Of a stretch of DNA of 64,000 bases, positions 54,101 to 64,000 are shown piece after piece. Position 1 is the stretch's first letter, and each line of letters begins with the position of its first letter. Origin of the DNA: Blastocladiella emersonii ATCC 22665 (lineage: Eukaryota; Fungi; Blastocladiomycota); contig JANHCV010000013.1 of the NCBI GenBank assembly GCA_025594325.1, positions 124,001-188,000 of the forward strand, read 5' to 3'. The notes beneath the pieces were generated by a model. That model had not been told where the DNA came from, searched no databases, and was given only the letters and a program-made list of their open reading frames with translations. The translations under genes were made by a program, and so were the position numbers.

Positions 54101-57100
54101 GCTGCAGAGGGCTGGCTGCGGAGGGCTGAGGCGGCAGGGCTCCTCCTGCAGGAGACAGTACTGGGGCCAAGGAGTTAGTGCTAGGGACTACTAACTGAAT
54201 GGTGAATGACCCACACACCACATGCTCCTGGCAGGAGTGCGTGTGGGCGCGTGGGCCCGTGTCCGTGCGTGCCTGGATTAGTCCTCCATCACAAGTGACC
54301 AAGGTGACCAAGGTGACCAAGGTGACCAAGGTGACCAAGGTGACATGCAAGCACCAAGTTAGAGCGGCGGGGCAGCCATGGAAAGAAGGGCACAGGTACA
54401 AACTACCGTACCCTGGCCGCGGCCACTTGTCGCAGAACAGCCCTGCATGGCTCAGGACGCGGCGGGCGTTGGAGACAGGGTAGGTAGGTAGGTAGCAGCA
54501 GCAGCAGCAAGGAGCAGGACCTGGCTGGCAAACAACACAAGTGAAGGCGTGCGTGATGGAGTGAGAGAGTGTTGAATGAATGGATGGGTGGATGCGATGC
54601 AGACCAGCATACGTGTCGTGCGTCGTCCGGATTGGTCGGCGACCACCCGCCAATCCTGCGGCATGGCTGTGGGGGCGGCAGTGGTGGTAGTGGAGCTAGA
54701 GTGGTGTCGTGGGGCTGGTGGGGTCCCCTCTCCTTCCTGTCTCGCCTAGGTGGGTGGGCGGACGTAGCGCGCATGCGGGCGGGCAAGGTAGGAACGTTGT
54801 TCAAGCAATGGATCATGTACTTTATGGCATGTGATCTGCAAGACAGGGAGGGGGAGCGACTGTGTCTAATTTTGACCGAGGGACCTTGCTGCAGCCAACG
54901 TCTGGCCCAATCCGACCCTCCACAAATCGCAACATGCACGAAACAAATTAGCTGACGTTTGGGATGTACCAAACCAGCCACGTAGATAACTTTCATGGTA
55001 CTCAAACAAGACCATACTCAAATCTTTGACTTCCTGCATGTCCAGCTAGCCAGGCTTCTGTAAATCACATTGATGACGCAACAAAATATCTGGCCATAAG
55101 AATATTGTAAACCAGCCACTCTGGCAATTGTCATGGCACTCAAACAAAACCATATTCAAATCTTCGACTTCCCGCATGCCCATGTGGGCAAGGACCTATA
55201 AATCACAGTATCGAACCAACAAAATATCTGACCATAGAAACATAGTATACCAGCCACGAGGACAATTGTCATGGTACTCAAACAAAACCATATTCAAATC
55301 TTTGACTATTCACATGTCTAGCTGGTTGGCGACCCATAAATCGTAACATTGGAGCAACAAAATATCTGACCACGGAAATACAGTAAACAAGCCCCGGAGA
55401 TAATTGTCATGGTTCTCAAACAAAACCATATTCAGATCTTTGAATACCCCATGTCCAGGTGGTTGGGGGCCCAGAAATCGTAACATCGAACCAACAAAAT
55501 ATTTGACCATAGAAATATACTAAACCAGCCACGTACGTAATTGTCGCGTTACTTAAACAAAACCATACTCAAAACTTTGACTTCCCGCATGTTCACCTAG
55601 CCAGGTACCCATAAATCACAGTATCGAGCCAACAAAAGATCTGACAATGGAAATATAGTAAACCGGCCGCGGAGAGAATTCTCATGGTACTCAAATGAAA
55701 CCATACTCAAATCTATGACTTCCCACATGTCCAGCTGGTTGAGGACCCATAAATCGTAACGTCAAAGCAACAATGTATCTGACCATGGGAATATAGTAAA
55801 CGAGCCCCGGAGATAATTGTCATGGTACGCAAACAAAACCATACTCAAGTCTATGCCTTCCCACATGTCCAGCTGGTTGGGGATCCATAAATCCCAGTAT
55901 CGAACCAACAAGATATCTGACCATTGGACTATATGTAACCGATCCCGTAGGTAATTGTCATGATACCCAAACAAAACCATATTCAAATCTTTCACATCCC
56001 GCATGTCCAGCTAGCCAGGGACCCATAAATCACAGTATCCAACCAACAAAGTATCTGACCAAAGAAAGATCATAAACCAGCCACGCAGATAATTGTCATG
56101 GTATTCAAACAAAACCATACTCAAATCTTCGAATACCCGATGTCCAGGTGGGCAAGGGCCTATACATCACAGTGTTGAACCAACAAAGTATCTGACGATC
56201 GGGATGTATCAAACCGGCCATGCTGATAATTGTCATGGTACTCAAACATAATCATAGTCGAGTCTTCGAATATCCTCACGTCCACGTGGGCAAGGACCCA
56301 AAGCGCCAGGTATCCAAATCTACCCCGTTGTGCACACTCTCCATTATCCAAGTCTGTCATCCTACAATTTTGGAACCCGTCGGCAAAGCTCACGGTCCAA
56401 TCAACGAACAACAGCCAACCTGCCAACCTGGCTACCTACCTGCCTACCTGCCTAGCTGGCTATCTGCCTACCTGCAAACCTGCCAACCTGCCCTACCTGC
56501 TAACCAAACACACACACCGCCTCGCAAGTCCTTGTGGGCCCGCGCTCTCTGGTTGCCGTCCCAGCCAACAAAGGAATGAATGATGAGCCCTGGCAGCCTG
56601 GCAGCCTGCCACACTGACAGCCTGGCAGCCTGCCACACTGACAGCCTGACAGCGCCCACCCAGTAGTTATTAGCTACCTCGTATGTCGTCTGAGAGGGGT
56701 TCAGCAGTCAATATACGACTGGTCTCCTCCTGGCTGGCAGCTCTGCTGTCCACTCCAAGTCCTGCATGATGATGGGCCAAGGAGCGTTACGAGCAGCTCC
56801 TCTGTCTATCCGCGTGAAACCACTCACCCGCTGACGGATGTACACCACGCACCGTGCAGCGCGCACAGCGCACAGCGCCCAACGCACCACGCGCTGCGCA
56901 CACGGCGCAAACGGCCACCCTGGTGACACGCACACTCGCATGAACGGCAGGCATGCAAGGCGTCCTGAACTCAACGATGATATATCGTCTAGGTCTGCTC
57001 GCTCCAACGGGTGCGCCTGCCTGCCCTCCCTGTGCCATGGATTGATTGATTCATGTCCAGTGCTGCCCCCATGCTTGCTTTCATGGCCGCGGGGTCCGTC

Positions 57101-60100
57101 AGGACGCCTTGCAATGGGTGCGCCAACCCCTGTTGCCAGCCATGTGGCAAGAAACACCACAGCACCTGCGTCGCCCTGGCCACCGTACCTTGCAAACAGC
57201 GTAGCAGCCGTACTGCTTCAGAGGGCTGCAGAGGGCTGGCTGCGGAGGGCTGAGGCGGCAGGGCTCCTCCTGCAGGAGACAGTACTGGGGCCAAGGAGTT
57301 AGTGCTAGGGACTACTAACTGAATGGTGAATGACCCACACACCACATGCTCCTGGCAGGAGTGCGTGTGGGCGCGTGGGCCCGTGTCCGTGCGTGCCTGG
57401 ATTAGTCCTCCATCACAAGTGACCAAGGTGACCAAGGTGACCAAGGTGACCAAGGTGACCAAGGTGACATGCAAGCACCAAGTTAGAGCGGCGGGGCAGC
57501 CATGGAAAGAAGGGCACAGGTACAAACTACCGTACCCTGGCCGCGGCCACTTGTCGCAGAACAGCCCTGCATGGCTCAGGACGCGGCGGGCGTTGGAGAC
57601 AGGGTAGGTAGGTAGGTAGCAGCAGCAGCAGCAAGGAGCAGGACCTGGCTGGCAAACAACACAAGTGAAGGCGTGCGTGATGGAGTGAGAGAGTGTTGAA
57701 TGAATGGATGGGTGGATGCGATGCAGACCAGCATACGTGTCGTGCGTCGTCCGGATTGGTCGGCGACCACCCGCCAATCCTGCGGCATGGCTGTGGGGGC
57801 GGCAGTGGTGGTAGTGGAGCTAGAGTGGTGTCGTGGGGCTGGTGGGGTCCCCTCTCCTTCCTGTCTCGCCTAGGTGGGTGGGCGGACGTAGCGCGCATGC
57901 GGGCGGGCAAGGTAGGAACGTTGTTCAAGCAATGGATCATGTACTTTATGGCATGTGATCTGCAAGACAGGGAGGGGGAGCGACTGTGTCTAATTTTGAC
58001 CGAGGGACCTTGCTGCAGCCAACGTCTGGCCCAATCCGACCCTCCACAAATCGCAACATGCACGAAACAAATTAGCTGACGTTTGGGATGTACCAAACCA
58101 GCCACGTAGATAACTTTCATGGTACTCAAACAAGACCATACTCAAATCTTTGACTTCCTGCATGTCCAGCTAGCCAGGCTTCTGTAAATCACATTGATGA
58201 CGCAACAAAATATCTGGCCATAAGAATATTGTAAACCAGCCACTCTGGCAATTGTCATGGCACTCAAACAAAACCATATTCAAATCTTCGACTTCCCGCA
58301 TGCCCATGTGGGCAAGGACCTATAAATCACAGTATCGAACCAACAAAATATCTGACCATAGAAACATAGTATACCAGCCACGAGGACAATTGTCATGGTA
58401 CTCAAACAAAACCATATTCAAATCTTTGACTATTCACATGTCTAGCTGGTTGGCGACCCATAAATCGTAACATTGGAGCAACAAAATATCTGACCACGGA
58501 AATACAGTAAACAAGCCCCGGAGATAATTGTCATGGTTCTCAAACAAAACCATATTCAGATCTTTGAATACCCCATGTCCAGGTGGTTGGGGGCCCAGAA
58601 ATCGTAACATCGAACCAACAAAATATTTGACCATAGAAATATACTAAACCAGCCACGTACGTAATTGTCGCGTTACTTAAACAAAACCATACTCAAAACT
58701 TTGACTTCCCGCATGTTCACCTAGCCAGGTACCCATAAATCACAGTATCGAGCCAACAAAAGATCTGACAATGGAAATATAGTAAACCGGCCGCGGAGAG
58801 AATTCTCATGGTACTCAAATGAAACCATACTCAAATCTATGACTTCCCACATGTCCAGCTGGTTGAGGACCCATAAATCGTAACGTCAAAGCAACAATGT
58901 ATCTGACCATGGGAATATAGTAAACGAGCCCCGGAGATAATTGTCATGGTACGCAAACAAAACCATACTCAAGTCTATGCCTTCCCACATGTCCAGCTGG
59001 TTGGGGATCCATAAATCCCAGTATCGAACCAACAAGATATCTGACCATTGGACTATATGTAACCGATCCCGTAGGTAATTGTCATGATACCCAAACAAAA
59101 CCATATTCAAATCTTTCACATCCCGCATGTCCAGCTAGCCAGGGACCCATAAATCACAGTATCCAACCAACAAAGTATCTGACCAAAGAAAGATCATAAA
59201 CCAGCCACGCAGATAATTGTCATGGTATTCAAACAAAACCATACTCAAATCTTCGAATACCCGATGTCCAGGTGGGCAAGGGCCTATACATCACAGTGTT
59301 GAACCAACAAAGTATCTGACGATCGGGATGTATCAAACCGGCCATGCTGATAATTGTCATGGTACTCAAACATAATCATAGTCGAGTCTTCGAATATCCT
59401 CACGTCCACGTGGGCAAGGACCCAAAGCGCCAGGTATCCAAATCTACCCCGTTGTGCACACTCTCCATTATCCAAGTCTGTCATCCTACAATTTTGGAAC
59501 CCGTCGGCAAAGCTCACGGTCCAATCAACGAACAACAGCCAACCTGCCAACCTGGCTACCTACCTGCCTACCTGCCTAGCTGGCTATCTGCCTACCTGCA
59601 AACCTGCCAACCTGCCCTACCTGCTAACCAAACACACACACCGCCTCGCAAGTCCTTGTGGGCCCGCGCTCTCTGGTTGCCGTCCCAGCCAACAAAGGAA
59701 TGAATGATGAGCCCTGGCAGCCTGGCAGCCTGCCACACTGACAGCCTGGCAGCCTGCCACACTGACAGCCTGACAGCGCCCACCCAGTAGTTATTAGCTA
59801 CCTCGTATGTCGTCTGAGAGGGGTTCAGCAGTCAATATACGACTGGTCTCCTCCTGGCTGGCAGCTCTGCTGTCCACTCCAAGTCCTGCATGATGATGGG
59901 CCAAGGAGCGTTACGAGCAGCTCCTCTGTCTATCCGCGTGAAACCACTCACCCGCTGACGGATGTACACCACGCACCGTGCAGCGCGCACAGCGCACAGC
60001 GCCCAACGCACCACGCGCTGCGCACACGGCGCAAACGGCCACCCTGGTGACACGCACACTCGCATGAACGGCAGGCATGCAAGGCGTCCTGAACTCAACG

Positions 60101-62841
60101 ATGATATATCGTCTAGGTCTGCTCGCTCCAACGGGTGCGCCTGCCTGCCCTCCCTGTGCCATGGATTGATTGATTCATGTCCAGTGCTGCCCCCATGCTT
60201 GCTTTCATGGCCGCGGGGTCCGTCAGGACGCCTTGCAATGGGTGCGCCAACCCCTGTTGCCAGCCATGTGGCAAGAAACACCACAGCACCTGCGTCGCCC
60301 TGGCCACCGTACCTTGCAAACAGCGTAGCAGCCGTACTGCTTCAGAGGGCTGCAGAGGGCTGGCTGCGGAGGGCTGAGGCGGCAGGGCTCCTCCTGCAGG
60401 AGACAGTACTGGGGCCAAGGAGTTAGTGCTAGGGACTACTAACTGAATGGTGAATGACCCACACACCACATGCTCCTGGCAGGAGTGCGTGTGGGCGCGT
60501 GGGCCCGTGTCCGTGCGTGCCTGGATTAGTCCTCCATCACAAGTGACCAAGGTGACCAAGGTGACCAAGGTGACCAAGGTGACCAAGGTGACATGCAAGC
60601 ACCAAGTTAGAGCGGCGGGGCAGCCATGGAAAGAAGGGCACAGGTACAAACTACCGTACCCTGGCCGCGGCCACTTGTCGCAGAACAGCCCTGCATGGCT
60701 CAGGACGCGGCGGGCGTTGGAGACAGGGTAGGTAGGTAGGTAGCAGCAGCAGCAGCAAGGAGCAGGACCTGGCTGGCAAACAACACAAGTGAAGGCGTGC
60801 GTGATGGAGTGAGAGAGTGTTGAATGAATGGATGGGTGGATGCGATGCAGACCAGCATACGTGTCGTGCGTCGTCCGGATTGGTCGGCGACCACCCGCCA
60901 ATCCTGCGGCATGGCTGTGGGGGCGGCAGTGGTGGTAGTGGAGCTAGAGTGGTGTCGTGGGGCTGGTGGGGTCCCCTCTCCTTCCTGTCTCGCCTAGGTG
61001 GGTGGGCGGACGTAGCGCGCATGCGGGCGGGCAAGGTAGGAACGTTGTTCAAGCAATGGATCATGTACTTTATGGCATGTGATCTGCAAGACAGGGAGGG
61101 GGAGCGACTGTGTCTAATTTTGACCGAGGGACCTTGCTGCAGCCAACGTCTGGCCCAATCCGACCCTCCACAAATCGCAACATGCACGAAACAAATTAGC
61201 TGACGTTTGGGATGTACCAAACCAGCCACGTAGATAATTTTCATGGTACTCAAACAAGACCATACTCAAATCTTTGACTTCCTGCATGTCCAGCTAGCCA
61301 GGCTTCTGTAAATCACATTAATGACGCAACAAAATATCTGGCCATAAAAATATTGTAAACCAGCCACTCTGGCAATTGTCATGGCACTCAAACAAAACCA
61401 TATTCAAATCTTCGACTTCCCGCATGCCCATGTGGGCAAGGACCTATAAATCACAGTATCAAACCAACAAAATATCTGACCATAGAAACATAGTATACCA
61501 GCCACGAGGACAATTGTCATGGTACTCAAACAAAACCATATTCAAATCTTTGACTATTCACATGTCTAGCTGGTTGGCGACCCATAAATCGTAACATTGG
61601 AGCAACAAAATATCTGACCACGGAAATACAGTAAACAAGCCCCGGAGATAATTGTCATGGTTCTCAAACAAAACCATATTCAGATCTTTGAATACCCCAT
61701 GTCCAGGTGGTTGGGGGCCCAGAAATCGTAACATCGAACCAACAAAATATTTGACCATAGAAATATACTAAACCAGCCACGTACGTAATTGTCGCGTTAC
61801 TTAAACAAAACCATACTCAAAACTTTGACTTCCCGCATGTTCACCTAGCCAGGTACCCATAAATCACAGTATCGAGCCAACAAAAGATCTGACAATGGAA
61901 ATATAGTAAACCGGCCGCGGAGAGAATTCTCATGGTACTCAAATGAAACCATACTCAAATCTATGACTTCCCACATGTCCAGCTGGTTGAGGACCCATAA
62001 ATCGTAACGTCAAAGCAACAATGTATCTGACCATGGGAATATAGTAAACGAGCCCCGGAGATAATTGTCATGGTACGCAAACAAAACCATACTCAAGTCT
62101 ATGCCTTCCCACATGTCCAGCTGGTTGGGGATCCATAAATCCCAGTATCGAACCAACAAGATATCTGACCATTGGACTATATGTAACCGATCCCGTAGGT
62201 AATTGTCATGATACCCAAACAAAACCATATTCAAATCTTTCACATCCCGCATGTCCAGCTAGCCAGGGACCCATAAATCACAGTATCCAACCAACAAAGT
62301 ATCTGACCAAAGAAAGATCATAAACCAGCCACGCAGATAATTGTCATGGTATTCAAACAAAACCATACTCAAATCTTCGAATACCCGATGTCCAGGTGGG
62401 CAAGGGCCTATACATCACAGTGTTGAACCAACAAAGTATCTGACGATCGGGATGTATCAAACCGGCCATGCTGATAATTGTCATGGTACTCAAACATAAT
62501 CATAGTCGAGTCTTCGAATATCCTCACGTCCACGTGGGCAAGGACCCAAAGCGCCAGGTATCCAAATCTACCCCGTTGTGCACACTCTCCATTATCCAAG
62601 TCTGTCATCCTACAATTTTGGAACCCGTCGGCAAAGCTCACGGTCCAATCAACGAACAACAGCCAACCTGCCAACCTGGCTACCTACCTGCCTACCTGCC
62701 TAGCTGGCTATCTGCCTACCTGCAAACCTGCCAACCTGCCCTACCTGCTAACCAAACACACACACCGCCTCGCAAGTCCTTGTGGGCCCGCGCTCTCTGG
62801 TTGCCGTCCCAGCCAACAAAGGAATGAATGATGAGCCCTGG

Positions 62842-62880
62842 CAGCCTGGCAGCCTGCCACACTGACAGCCTGACAGCGCC
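62842..62880. other. 24-bp deletion variant in unit 21 (loss of one 24-bp duplicate)
   Basis: The sequence reads GCAGCCTGGCAGCCTGCCACACTGACAGCCTGACAGCGCC. Downstream ORFs shift by -24 (63062 observed versus 63086 expected), and the 73-aa ORF becomes 65 aa. Confidence 0.97.
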
Positions 62881-64000
62881 CACCCAGTAGTTATTAGCTA
62901 CCTCGTATGTCATCTGAGAGGGGTTCAGCAGTCAATATACGACTGGTCTCCTCCTGGCTGGCAGCTCTGCTGTCCACTCCAAGTCCTGCATGATGATGGG
63001 CCAAGGAGCGTTACGAGCAGCTCCTCTGTCTATCCGCGTGAAACCACTCACCCGCTGACGGATGTACACCACGCACCGTGCAGCGCGCACAGCGCACAGC
63101 GCCCAACGCACCACGCGCTGCGCACACGGCGCAAACGGCCACCCTGGTGACACGCACACTCGCATGAACGGCAGGCATGCAAGGCGTCCTGAACTCAACG
63201 ATGATATATCGTCTAGGTCTGCTCGCTCCAACGGGTGCGCCTGCCTGCCCTCCCTGTGCCATGGATTGATTGATTCATGTCCAGTGCTGCCCCCATGCTT
63301 GCTTTCATGGCCGCGGGGTCCGTCAGGACGCCTTGCAATGGGTGCGCCAACCCCTGTTGCCAGCCATGTGGCAAGAAACACCACAGCACCTGCGTCGCCC
63401 TGGCCACCGTACCTTGCAAACAGCGTAGCAGCCGTACTGCTTCAGAGGGCTGCAGAGGGCTGGCTGCGGAGGGCTGAGGCGGCAGGGCTCCTCCTGCAGG
63501 AGACAGTACTGGGGCCAAGGAGTTAGTGCTAGGGACTACTAACTGAATGGTGAATGACCCACACACCACATGCTCCTGGCAGGAGTGCGTGTGGGCGCGT
63601 GGGCCCGTGTCCGTGCGTGCCTGGATTAGTCCTCCATCACAAGTGACCAAGGTGACCAAGGTGACCAAGGTGACCAAGGTGACCAAGGTGACATGCAAGC
63701 ACCAAGTTAGAGCGGCGGGGCAGCCATGGAAAGAAGGGCACAGGTACAAACTACCGTACCCTGGCCGCGGCCACTTGTCGCAGAACAGCCCTGCATGGCT
63801 CAGGACGCGGCGGGCGTTGGAGACAGGGTAGGTAGGTAGGTAGCAGCAGCAGCAGCAAGGAGCAGGACCTGGCTGGCAAACAACACAAGTGAAGGCGTGC
63901 GTGATGGAGTGAGAGAGTGTTGAATGAATGGATGGGTGGATGCGATGCAGACCAGCATACGTGTCGTGCGTCGTCCGGATTGGTCGGCGACCACCCGCCA

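Larger units (their letters stand above)
1..64000. repeat. Macrosatellite / higher-order tandem array, 3,124-bp unit, about 20.5 copies, head-to-tail
   Basis: Every landmark recurs at +3124 (TCATGGTACTCAAACATAATC at 1, 3125, 6249 ... 62481; ORF starts 606, 3730, 6854 ...). The period holds for 20 units and shifts by -24 bp in unit 21. The array runs off both window ends. Confidence 0.99.

Overview
The whole window is one head-to-tail tandem array of a 3,124-bp unit (about 20.5 copies; unit k starts at 1+3124*(k-1)). Copies are more than 99% identical: I found 13 variable sites and one 24-bp deletion. Each unit has two parts. One is an AT-richer (about 40% GC) block of about 10 diverged 138-bp satellite monomers (unit-1 coordinates about 1808-3192). 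The other is a GC-rich (about 60%) block of about 1.74 kb (about 69-1807) containing simple repeats, a 9-bp minisatellite and several inverted repeats. I can support no protein-coding gene, rRNA, tRNA, CRISPR array or transposase; the ORF track is the same spurious overlapping ORFs repeated every 3,124 bp. The sequence looks eukaryotic and non-coding: a composite macrosatellite or higher-order repeat, possibly centromeric or heterochromatic. The most informative structure is that the GC-rich block appears to split one satellite monomer in two, which suggests insertion into a satellite followed by amplification. The variants are enriched for CpG transitions and form recombining haplotype blocks along the array. 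I cannot claim a new functional system from this window alone.
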